This document shows, piece by piece, positions 9,215-18,228 of a stretch of 64,000 bases of DNA. Where the stretch lies: sequence record OQ828465.1. One strand, written 5' to 3'. The notes beneath the pieces are model-generated. The model was not told the origin of the DNA and ran no database searches. It saw only the letters and a program-made list of their open reading frames with translations. The position numbers were made by a program, and so were the translations under genes. How positions within the stretch are numbered: the stretch's first letter is position 1; every line of letters starts with the position of its first letter.

Positions 9215-9718
9215 TTATTTAGTTAACGGCTTGTTTAATTCATTTAACTGGTTATTGTTATTAACAGCTTCATTATGGGTAATATTTCTACATAATTCAA
9301 TTATGTATTCTACCTCAGAATAAGCTAATTCAAAGAATTCAGTTAATGACATATTAGATAAGCTACCTACTTTATACTTGAAGAAATCTCTAGTCAGTCT
9401 CCTTCTCAACCCACCTTCGATAAAGTCCTCTTTAGGATTTACCTTATTTAACCACATGGGTCCGTTTTCTGGTGAACCGATATCGTAATCAAGTAGATAT
9501 GCTTCTCTTGTTAAACGTGCTGCTGTAGACGGTCTTACTGCCCCTACTGTCGATAATAGTCTATCTAAGTGTGTATCATCTTCAGTTAACTTATCATAAC
9601 CAAAGTTTGGATGTAGGATGTGACCACTATCTTCCTTGAAAGTGGCCTCAAGACGACTATATCTCAGATCATTAACTACACCATCCGGTTTGACTTCGAG
9701 GCCGCCAAAGTAAAAAAA
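9215..9718 (-). CDS. gp76-like frame; probably translated as a -1 frameshift extension of the gp77-like gene
   Basis: Frame is open from 9730 to 9215 but the first ATG is at 9457; it overlaps T_TTT_TTT at 9718-9712 in the upstream gene. Confidence 0.65.
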   Translation of the reverse strand, partial: FFYFGGLEVKPDGVVNDLRYSRLEATFKEDSGHILHPNFGYDKLTEDDTHLDRLLSTVGAVRPSTAARLTREAYLLDYDIGSPENGPMWLNKVNPKEDFIEGGLRRRLTRDFFKYKVGSLSNMSLTEFFELAYSEVEYIIELCRNITHNEAVNNNNQLNELNKPLTK

Positions 9719-11277
9719 GTTGACAGCATGTCAATAGGGATTAAGTGTGGGAAACGTTCTTTAAATTTAGTAGCAGCAGGTGACTCACATACTGGACAAT
9801 TCCAACTTGTAATTGCAATCATTCCAATTAGTTGTGAATCAATGAAGTTACTCACCGCATTAATAAAGCGGTCATTATATTCCGGTGTGGATAGAATATT
9901 AGTTAAGAACTTTTCAATAGTTTCACGATTAGTGGTTGCAGTACGAATATTGTCTTCAGAACTTTCACCATCGTCATCTTCACGTACTTTAATTTCTTTA
10001 ACAAAATGTGAGAACTGACGGGCAATAGAGATCTTTTGTAAACGTGCAATATACTGAGAACGTTGCGGACCATCGACTGGTTCATTAAAACTACCTTGAG
10101 TCATATCGATAATTGAGTTAATCCAACTATCACCAGACTCTCGGCGATCAGCAATTGTACACATCTCAAGAACAACACCAACGTCACCAAACATTTCAGT
10201 TACTTGAGTTTCAATACGGAATCCTTCTTTATAAGTCTTAAGATCAGATTCAGTACATGCATTAAACTTACGTGCAATATATTTCTTTTGTTCTTCTGAG
10301 AATGCCAGTAGATCATATTGAACAAGCGTTGACATATTAAGTTTCGCTGTTTCAATATGGTTACATGTATTGGCATCTGCAATGCATGGATAACTATAAT
10401 TAAATCCATCTGGATACATAGTCGCCGCTAGTGCATGATGTAAGAATGGTTCATCAGCTACTGAGATAACATGCTCTAGGTCAGTTGGAGTGTTGAACTT
10501 ATAGTTGGATTGAATAACACATGCAAGTGCTAAATTACTAACCATGTTAAGTAACACAGCTGCCATGTTTGAGAACAGCATACCTTTTGATTCAGCGCCT
10601 AGCCGGATCTTTAATTGTGCTAGACGTGCTTGTAGGGCAGCTACTTCAGTACCAGTAGGTGCACGTAGTTTTACCCAAATACCTGAATGAGGTAGGAAAG
10701 TATCATATGGCGTACCGATGTTAGCTTTACGTGTTAGGAAAACTAGAGTTTCATCATCGGTCATTTTACGACCACTGGTATTAAATACAGGTCGGCCAGG
10801 TCGAATGATCTTTTCACCATAAGGAATTTCACTAGACCATTCAGAACCTTCTCGGGCAGTTGCACCGATTGGTGCATCTTCAACAATAGAGTGAGCTAAG
10901 CCTTCCAGAATAGCAGCTGTCCACTTTACACCGTCACTAGTGTCATCTACTTTATTATCAGCAAATGCTTTAAATAGTTCTTTATTGTGATCCAGGAAAT
11001 TATAAACAGTCTGGGGATTCTCACGTAGTAAAGTAAGAATGCTAGCACTATCTTTAATAGCCGGTTCAGAAGCATCCCGGATATTTCCAGTTTTAGCATT
11101 ACGTGGAATACGTAGTTTAATTTCTTTTTGATCAGGAACGAAAGGTGGAGTTTCCACCTCGTCATTATTTTCAATACTAGAGTCAGGATCGTGTTGCGCA
11201 TTGATCTCATCAATTTGATCTAGTAAATTCTCTTCTGGAGTATCATCGTACTCATTATCGAAGTCAGCAGTAGCCAT
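9676..11277 (-). CDS. Conserved gp77-like protein; candidate tail/baseplate assembly chaperone
   Basis: 533 aa, acidic N-terminus, Cys pairs (CIADANTC, CPVC), slippery site 11 codons before the stop. Confidence 0.7.
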   Translation of the reverse strand: MATADFDNEYDDTPEENLLDQIDEINAQHDPDSSIENNDEVETPPFVPDQKEIKLRIPRNAKTGNIRDASEPAIKDSASILTLLRENPQTVYNFLDHNKELFKAFADNKVDDTSDGVKWTAAILEGLAHSIVEDAPIGATAREGSEWSSEIPYGEKIIRPGRPVFNTSGRKMTDDETLVFLTRKANIGTPYDTFLPHSGIWVKLRAPTGTEVAALQARLAQLKIRLGAESKGMLFSNMAAVLLNMVSNLALACVIQSNYKFNTPTDLEHVISVADEPFLHHALAATMYPDGFNYSYPCIADANTCNHIETAKLNMSTLVQYDLLAFSEEQKKYIARKFNACTESDLKTYKEGFRIETQVTEMFGDVGVVLEMCTIADRRESGDSWINSIIDMTQGSFNEPVDGPQRSQYIARLQKISIARQFSHFVKEIKVREDDDGESSEDNIRTATTNRETIEKFLTNILSTPEYNDRFINAVSNFIDSQLIGMIAITSWNCPVCESPAATKFKERFPHLIPIDMLSTFFTLAASKSNRMV

Positions 11278-11288
11278 TTAAAACTCCA

Positions 11289-11783
11289 TTATTGTTGAAT
11301 TAGTTTTTCGTCCCAACCAGCTTCTCGAAGAGTGCCGATCATCGCTAGGATTACACCATCAATACCGCGTTCAATAGCACCTTCAATACCAGTGTATTTA
11401 GTAACAAGTTCACTGATGAGTTTTAGTTCATCTTCATTATTTGCTGGACCAGCCTTACCTTGATGTTGTGCATATAGGACACTGATAATTTTAGTTAGTC
11501 GATTAAGGTCAGCAATAACTGTTTGTAGGTTCTTTTGGAATCCAGTAGGATCAGATAACGTCGGAATGATTTCATTGATCTTATTAATAACTGGATTAAT
11601 GAATACTTCAGTTTGTAGAATACGCTTACCTACAGAACCTGCTAGTACATTGACAACATCCCAACCATCGCGGTTAAGAATATGATCAGCTGCGGCAGCT
11701 GATGCTCCAACTGCACGTTCAAATAGACGTAGAGTCTTTTCCTGTTCTTTAGTTAGAGTTGGTTCTTTAGCTTTATTTGACAT
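11289..11783 (-). CDS. Hypothetical protein (gp78-like)
   Basis: 164-aa helical ORF with SD GGAG. Confidence 0.75.
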   Translation of the reverse strand: MSNKAKEPTLTKEQEKTLRLFERAVGASAAAADHILNRDGWDVVNVLAGSVGKRILQTEVFINPVINKINEIIPTLSDPTGFQKNLQTVIADLNRLTKIISVLYAQHQGKAGPANNEDELKLISELVTKYTGIEGAIERGIDGVILAMIGTLREAGWDEKLIQQ

Positions 11784-11953
11784 CTTGTTATACTCCGATA
11801 GAGGCTTAATTTAATATTTGCCAATATAAATTGACAAATGAAAAAATGATTAGTTCAACATATATTTAACACATTTGGTAATTTTACACTATATTAAAGA
11901 ATAACTATCTGTCCAACCCTATGTTAATAATTCCGTATAAAAAGGATATCGTC

Positions 11954-12811
11954 ATGAAAGATTTCATTGATAGTTATCTTACGCCTCTTATACATGAAGA
12001 GCGTAAAGAAGTTATCCTAGACTGTGTAGCATCTTTTGAAAAGATCAATTATGTTGCAGCTCTAGATGAACTAAATACAGTATGTCAGATTCAATCAGGT
12101 ATCTCAGATAATGCAATGCTTCTTTCTCGCATTGATGATATCATTCGCATTGCACAAGATGAAATTCTAAATGAACATCTTATTAAAATTAGTGATGAAG
12201 CAACTCAGGCTGAACGGCAAGCTGTTGTTAATACACTCCTTAGTTTAGAAGATTACATTATTCCAGATGAAGTGAATGATATTCTGTTAGCCGAATATTC
12301 ACCCGAAGAGACGTTAGCACATCTGGTAGAACTTATCGATACAAGTGTAGATTTCTTAAATATCATTGACTTAATTGAAAGTGTATCACCAACACTTATT
12401 AGTAATATTACATCATTTATTCAGTCAGTACTTACTACCCGTGGTCAAGCATATGGAAATGTAAGTAATGTCGAACGGATTAATTTAATTAATCGCCTTA
12501 TTCGTATTCATACGCGCGCATCATTTAAGTTAGCTATGGAACTAGTTAATGCGGGATTACGTGTTGGTAAAAGGAATATTGATGACCTATTACAAATTTC
12601 ATTTGGCCCATTAGATGCTATGACACCTATTGAAGTTGCTAAAGAAATTGTCGGATTGGTATTAATTTCAAATACTGAACAGAATGAAATTAGTAGAACG
12701 GTAATGAGTATTATAGATGATTTCACATCTAACAATATTGAACGATCTATTATGGAAAATGAAGCTAAAAAGATTTTAAATAGCATAGGTGATACTAATG
12801 AAATTACGTGA
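11954..12811 (+). CDS. Hypothetical, probably virion protein (gp79-like)
   Basis: Likely start ATG 11954 after AAAGGA (track start 11921). Confidence 0.7.
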   Translation: MKDFIDSYLTPLIHEERKEVILDCVASFEKINYVAALDELNTVCQIQSGISDNAMLLSRIDDIIRIAQDEILNEHLIKISDEATQAERQAVVNTLLSLEDYIIPDEVNDILLAEYSPEETLAHLVELIDTSVDFLNIIDLIESVSPTLISNITSFIQSVLTTRGQAYGNVSNVERINLINRLIRIHTRASFKLAMELVNAGLRVGKRNIDDLLQISFGPLDAMTPIEVAKEIVGLVLISNTEQNEISRTVMSIIDDFTSNNIERSIMENEAKKILNSIGDTNEIT

Positions 12812-14147
12812 TTATTTTCTAATGGGTATCAATGCTGGATTAGATAAGAAACGAGCATGGGTTAACGTTTTATTTAATATCGTTTATAACCCAAATGATG
12901 GTGGTGAATATCTATACAAGCCATATTTCAAAGATGGTAAAATGTTCTTCTATAAAGAAGGCGATTCTAATGATGAAGTTGTTTATATCGACGATTATAT
13001 TGAAGGTAAACAACCATTAGCATTTCGAGATGAATTCATTTTACAACCTGGTGAAATTGAAAACTATAAAGGACCAGGTGCATTAAGAACAACTTATGGT
13101 AACGTTTTTGTTAACCATTTAGTATTATGTTTACCTTTCGGTGATCTGTTCCCATTCCAATCTGGTTATTTCGATATTGGTAAAGTTGAGAAAGAAATTC
13201 TTAACCGCATGATCGATGATCCAATTGATGATGATAATCCACCGCGTGCAACTGATGGTAAGCTATATGTATGGCAATATCGGATGTTTGCAGATCATTG
13301 TTTAGCATTGCCAGCATATGCTAGTACCTTGGTAACATCCATTACTGAGAAATCAATGACCTCTGCACCAGACAGAGATAAGTTACGTAAAGAACTAGAA
13401 GAGAAATATAAAGATCGGTTAGATGATCCGGCTGTTATTGCAGAAATGGGTAATGCGTTAATCAAGCTAGATGAGGACTATCTAAAAGACGATCCTTCTT
13501 ATGAGTTCTATGACACTAAACATAGTAAATTATTTGGTGGCGTGCGTAAGAAAGTATTTGGTATGTTTGGTGGGGAAGCACCATTCCAAGATGGTACATC
13601 GGTTGAATATATCGGTAAATCATTGGAAGAAGGCATTGACACTGACCATATGCCAGTAATGAATAACTCATTACGTTATGGCTCATATAACCGTGGTGCA
13701 CAAACAGCCCTTGGCGGTGAGTCAACTAAAACGATTTATCGAATGGTTGGTACAGTCAGGATTATTATGGAAGACTGCAACACATGGATAGGTATTCCAA
13801 CCACTGTTCATCAATTTAATAAGAAAGATTTCATTGGCTTGTCTTATGTTAAGAATGGGAAATCTATCCTTATTGAAGAAACTAATATTGATGAACTAGT
13901 TGGCACTGAGATTGAACTACGTGGTCCAATGACATGTAAGGCCGGTGGTGATCCAGCTAATGGTGTAATAGGTAGAGGTAAGAACGTATGCGCTGTCTGT
14001 ATGGGTAAACAAATGTCAGAGAACCCCAATGGCATACCGGCAGCGGCAGCAGGTGTAGGTGGTCGATTCCTATCCATCTTCATGTCTAAAATGCACAGTG
14101 CTGTTCTTAAGACTGTTAAATGGTCTTATCGCGATCGCATCAGTTAA
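12789..14147 (+). CDS. rpoC: Virion RNAP beta' middle/C-terminal fragment (gp80-like)
   Basis: LRGPMTC...VCAVCMG Zn site and GVGGRFLSIFMSKMH trigger-loop-like motif. Confidence 0.85.
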   Translation: MILMKLRDYFLMGINAGLDKKRAWVNVLFNIVYNPNDGGEYLYKPYFKDGKMFFYKEGDSNDEVVYIDDYIEGKQPLAFRDEFILQPGEIENYKGPGALRTTYGNVFVNHLVLCLPFGDLFPFQSGYFDIGKVEKEILNRMIDDPIDDDNPPRATDGKLYVWQYRMFADHCLALPAYASTLVTSITEKSMTSAPDRDKLRKELEEKYKDRLDDPAVIAEMGNALIKLDEDYLKDDPSYEFYDTKHSKLFGGVRKKVFGMFGGEAPFQDGTSVEYIGKSLEEGIDTDHMPVMNNSLRYGSYNRGAQTALGGESTKTIYRMVGTVRIIMEDCNTWIGIPTTVHQFNKKDFIGLSYVKNGKSILIEETNIDELVGTEIELRGPMTCKAGGDPANGVIGRGKNVCAVCMGKQMSENPNGIPAAAAGVGGRFLSIFMSKMHSAVLKTVKWSYRDRIS

Positions 14148-14152
14148 AATAG

Positions 14153-14178
14153 ATGGAGAAGTTACTCAGCTTCTCCAT
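14153..14178 (+). terminator. Hairpin after the gp80-like gene
   Basis: ATGGAGAAG/CTTCTCCAT. Confidence 0.6.
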
Positions 14179-14212
14179 TATTTAGGTTATAATCAATCGA
14201 AGGAACTATTAA

Positions 14213-15739
14213 ATGGCTAAGAAACGTTTTGATCTGAACCGTCGTGCTGAACGTGGTATGACTCCGCAAATCGCAGTATATGACGAAGTGGGCTACCTTC
14301 CGAAAGAAGAACCCGTTGTAGAGACCACTGAGAAAGAAGAAGTGGTGCATGGTAACGTATCCCAAACTGACATCCAAAAGACTACCGTAAGTCTGTCGGC
14401 ACCAGCTTTTGATCCACGGCTCTCCAGCATCGGCAATTTCGTCTTTGCCACTAATACAGACGGCCAGAAAGAATATGTTGTTCGGCAGGAAGACGATGTG
14501 TCAGTAACTGAACCTACTCCTCTTGCAGAAGGCGCTGTTTACGGCGAACCTAATTGGGAAGGCATTCGTACTACTTACAATATCCCAGAATCCTGGACCA
14601 ATGAAGACATTGCTGCTTGGGAATCTGTAGGTGGTCCTGCTAAAGGTAAAACTGAACTCGGCAACTTTGTATTTGACCCAACCCGTAAATATCGTCCTTA
14701 TGATGAATGGTCAGATGATGAACTAATCGATGCTGCTAACCATCGTCTAACTGGTGTAGTTAATGATATCGCCGATATTGCTGATGATATTTTAACTAAA
14801 CGGGCTAAAGAGAATGAGACTACTGAGGAAGTAATTGTACCGGTAGTTAATGAAGATACACTGAAACAAGATATTCGCAATACTGAAGACAGTATCAAGC
14901 TTGAAGAATTAGTCAAGCAACTGCGTATTCACACTAGTGATATTCCACTAGATTGGTCTACCCAAGAAGTGGTTGATTTTGTTAAACAAGGTATTACTCC
15001 ACCAAAAACACTACGTGGTAGTTGGGTTAATAGTGTTATTCGTGATAATGCTCCACCTACCGATTGGACGACAGCAGAGCTTGAAGACTGGGCTGAAGGA
15101 CTTATTAAAAATAGTAATCTGATAAAAGATTTTAAAATTGCTATTGAGTTACGCGATCGCTTATTCTTACCTACCACTAGTCAAGATATTGAAACTATTG
15201 TTGAACAATGGAAAGTATTCTCTGGTAAAGATGATATTAAACCAACCGGGGAAGTTAAAATCTTGAATAGTGAATCAACATCTAATGAACCTGTACTTCG
15301 TAAAGGTATGACCAAAATGAACCAAGTATTTATCGAATCTCGTCTAGAGCAGTTTGCCACTGGTGCTAAACCTGGTGACTATATCACTATCGAACGTGGT
15401 GGCGATGCACAAAAGAAACTAGATGATGTATTCAACTACGTAATGACAATCGAAGATATTGAAGGCTTTAAATCAGGCATGGATATTATCTTTGATTTCG
15501 TTAAGAAAAATCGTAATACTCTATTTAGTGAATCTAACGCACTTCGCTTTGTTGCTACTCTACCTACTCAGAATAACCGTCAAGAAGCACACATTAATCT
15601 TCTTACTCTATTCTGCCTATTTACTAGTGATGTATCAGATGCGCTTTATCAGGTAGATATCAACTATCTTGCACGTTTCATCCCTGAAGGTAAACGGCAA
15701 CTCGTTCTACACTTCTTCCGGCAGAAAGCTGGTATGTAA
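14213..15739 (+). CDS. Hypothetical protein with internal Trp-containing repeats (gp81-like)
   Basis: 508 aa; four W(S/T)xx(E/D) helices. Confidence 0.8.
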   Translation: MAKKRFDLNRRAERGMTPQIAVYDEVGYLPKEEPVVETTEKEEVVHGNVSQTDIQKTTVSLSAPAFDPRLSSIGNFVFATNTDGQKEYVVRQEDDVSVTEPTPLAEGAVYGEPNWEGIRTTYNIPESWTNEDIAAWESVGGPAKGKTELGNFVFDPTRKYRPYDEWSDDELIDAANHRLTGVVNDIADIADDILTKRAKENETTEEVIVPVVNEDTLKQDIRNTEDSIKLEELVKQLRIHTSDIPLDWSTQEVVDFVKQGITPPKTLRGSWVNSVIRDNAPPTDWTTAELEDWAEGLIKNSNLIKDFKIAIELRDRLFLPTTSQDIETIVEQWKVFSGKDDIKPTGEVKILNSESTSNEPVLRKGMTKMNQVFIESRLEQFATGAKPGDYITIERGGDAQKKLDDVFNYVMTIEDIEGFKSGMDIIFDFVKKNRNTLFSESNALRFVATLPTQNNRQEAHINLLTLFCLFTSDVSDALYQVDINYLARFIPEGKRQLVLHFFRQKAGM

Positions 15740-15746
15740 ACATATT

Positions 15747-15764
15747 GCCTCCCCTAGGGGAGGC
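15747..15764 (+). terminator. Intrinsic terminator
   Basis: GCCTCCCC-TA-GGGGAGGC, then TTTATG. Confidence 0.8.
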
Positions 15765-15840
15765 TTTATGCTGATTATTACTTTTACTAGACACTAATAT
15801 AGTACGTAGATAAATATCAATATGTGCTGAGGTTATAGCA

Positions 15841-17757
15841 ATGTCTAATGAACAACAGGTTACAAATAAGAAAAAGATTAAGGGCATTGAAGCCAAACAT
15901 ATTACTTATTGTACTGATCAATTTGGTAAGTTTACAGATGCGCATTTCGTTAAAGAACGAATTCATTTTGAAGATGGTACAACTGCAAATAATTTAAGGA
16001 TGTGGGAAAACTACCAGCGTCCTTTTTGGATTACCTCAAAAGGAATGCGTAACCATAAAGAAAAGAAAGATTACGAATATGAGCGTAACTTAGTTAAATA
16101 CATGTCAACTCAAATTGACATGAAACGTAAGATTAGTAAAATCCTAGGTGACTATTCGGCTAGATCTCTTCGTCAACTAGCGCGTAGTCCTTACCTATAT
16201 GGCAGTGATGTTAGTTCAACCTGTTATCTGAAGCATGATTATCAAGAACGTTATCCTGGTCTAATCTCTCTAAACACTGTTGCTGGCGGTGACATCGAAA
16301 CCAACGTTTATGAAGCTGAGAACGATGGTCAGATTATCTGTATGTCAGTTACACATAAGAACAAAGCTTTCTTAGCCTATTTAAAACGATGGGTTAGTGA
16401 TATTGAAGATCCAGTGAAAGAGACATTAGAACAAGCACAAAAAGAAGAGGTGCTATCGCATCTAATTAAAGAACGTGGTCTAGATATTGAAGTAATGGTT
16501 GTTGAAACACCAGTGGATATTATTATTGAATGTTTTAAACGACTACATATCTGGAAACCAGATTTCTTCGCATTCTGGAATATTAGCTTCGACATTGGCA
16601 GAATCTTAAAAACATTAGAACATTATGGCGTTAATCCAGCTGATGTTTTTTCTGATCCATCGGTACCTAAGAATTATAGGTATTTCCATTTTAAGATTGA
16701 CGAACCTATGACCACCACTGCATCTGGGGTCACTAAATCTAAAGGACCGGAGGATCAATGGCATTGGATTACAGCACCCTCTAGTTTTCAATGTATCGAT
16801 TCTATGTCAACTTATCGAGTAACTCGATTAGCTAAAGGACGTGATCCTAACTATCGGTTAGAGTCTATTCTTAGAAAAGAACTAAACATCGATAAATCCA
16901 CGACCATTAAAAATGATAAGGACTTAGAAGATTTTATTGAAGGTTTTAATAAACAACTAGTTGACCGACCAGGCGGCGTTATTACTAAATATATTAAAAA
17001 TGTAGGTAGTAATGAATGGGTACCGGTGGATGATTTTATATTAAATGATAACTTTACCTATGGTGATTCTATTAGATATGTAATGGAATTTGGTAAGTTA
17101 ACCTTTAAAGAAACTGCACATCTTGGTGGTATCGATTGGCACCGTGAGATGCAGACTAAGCATAAAATCAAATATGGTCTTTATAACATCATCGACTCCA
17201 TTCGACTAGAACAACTTGATGAACAAGTAAATGACCTTGGTCGCTCTATAAGTCTATTCTCTAAGGCATCTGACTATAAGAACTTTAGTTCTAACCCAAA
17301 ACGACTATGTGACGATATGCACTTCTGGTATTTGAATAGACCAGAGCCATGTGTCATTGGTTCAAGTTCAGATCAGATGGTGCATGAACTTGATCAATAT
17401 GTTATTGGCCATAATGATTGGATTGTTACACTACCATCATACATGGCAGGTCCAAATGGATTGCAGTGTGTTAAAGATTTACCGAATTATAAAACCTTAA
17501 TCTTCTGTCATATCGCCGACCTTGACATCGTGTCGACATATCCTAACGTTAGTCAGATTCTAAATATTGCACGTGAAACATGTGTGATGGAATTCTCAAT
17601 GATGGAAGGAATTAGTGAACACCATCGCCGTGAAGTTGGCGTAAACTTAACAGGTGGTAGGGTTAATGCTATTGAAATCACACAGAAGATCATGGGTGCT
17701 CCTAAAATGGACACCCTGCTAGAGAAGTTTATTAATACCTATAAGAACCCAAAGTAA
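15841..17757 (+). CDS. Split family-B DNA polymerase, 3'-5' exonuclease/motif-A subunit (gp82-like)
   Basis: Exonuclease motifs GDIET, WNISFD, YNIID and PolB motif A DIVSTYP; phiKZ-like phages are known to have a split PolB. Confidence 0.8.
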   Translation: MSNEQQVTNKKKIKGIEAKHITYCTDQFGKFTDAHFVKERIHFEDGTTANNLRMWENYQRPFWITSKGMRNHKEKKDYEYERNLVKYMSTQIDMKRKISKILGDYSARSLRQLARSPYLYGSDVSSTCYLKHDYQERYPGLISLNTVAGGDIETNVYEAENDGQIICMSVTHKNKAFLAYLKRWVSDIEDPVKETLEQAQKEEVLSHLIKERGLDIEVMVVETPVDIIIECFKRLHIWKPDFFAFWNISFDIGRILKTLEHYGVNPADVFSDPSVPKNYRYFHFKIDEPMTTTASGVTKSKGPEDQWHWITAPSSFQCIDSMSTYRVTRLAKGRDPNYRLESILRKELNIDKSTTIKNDKDLEDFIEGFNKQLVDRPGGVITKYIKNVGSNEWVPVDDFILNDNFTYGDSIRYVMEFGKLTFKETAHLGGIDWHREMQTKHKIKYGLYNIIDSIRLEQLDEQVNDLGRSISLFSKASDYKNFSSNPKRLCDDMHFWYLNRPEPCVIGSSSDQMVHELDQYVIGHNDWIVTLPSYMAGPNGLQCVKDLPNYKTLIFCHIADLDIVSTYPNVSQILNIARETCVMEFSMMEGISEHHRREVGVNLTGGRVNAIEITQKIMGAPKMDTLLEKFINTYKNPK

Positions 17758-18125
17758 TATATCAGTGGAAGCGCCGAGGAGGATATGAATGTTCATCTGT
17801 TGGTGACAAAAGATTCTCGGCTCTTTACGCAAGGCTTCCTGATGGCAGAACAATTGAGGAAGCTTGGCAGTTAGATTGTAAAGGATATCGCATATACTCC
17901 AACCATTGGAAAGCTGGTAAAGGAAAACCACCACTAGACGGGTATAATCCCAAATATGATGATTATAAAAATCTGTGGAAAGTATGGGCGGTATCTAATA
18001 AACATCTAATGGATGAATTGCGTCAGAATGCAAAAGAACATGATAACTATCTTTCTGATGTTTTTGCTTCTACTGATATTTCACAGGCACGTGCTCTAGC
18101 AGAACTACTTAATGAAGGATATTAA
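17754..18125 (+). CDS. Hidden ~122-aa ORF without a canonical start; NADAR-like motifs
   Basis: Open frame VIYQWKRRGGYECSSVGDKRFSALYARLPDGRTIEEAWQLDCKG...ARALAELLNEGY*; fills the gap before the terminator. Confidence 0.65.
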   Translation, partial: VIYQWKRRGGYECSSVGDKRFSALYARLPDGRTIEEAWQLDCKGYRIYSNHWKAGKGKPPLDGYNPKYDDYKNLWKVWAVSNKHLMDELRQNAKEHDNYLSDVFASTDISQARALAELLNEGY

Positions 18126-18197
18126 AAAATGGAAGGTATTCCTAATTAAATATTATCAATTGATCATTACTGCTAACATAAACTTCGACACATCATA

Positions 18198-18222
18198 AAA
18201 CCCTCCCATTACGGGAGGGTTT
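18198..18222. terminator. Bidirectional terminator
   Basis: AAACCCTCCC/GGGAGGGTTT between convergent genes. Confidence 0.85.
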
Positions 18223-18228
18223 ATTTCG

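Noticed and set aside
9620-10018. 132-aa plus-strand ORF
   Set aside because: Antisense to gp77/76-like genes, with no convincing SD
17758-17874. Frame continuing past the polymerase TAA, with a GAGGAG-ATG 29-aa peptide
   Set aside because: Short and nested in the longer, motif-rich -1 frame; TAA readthrough is unlikely. Not fully excluded.
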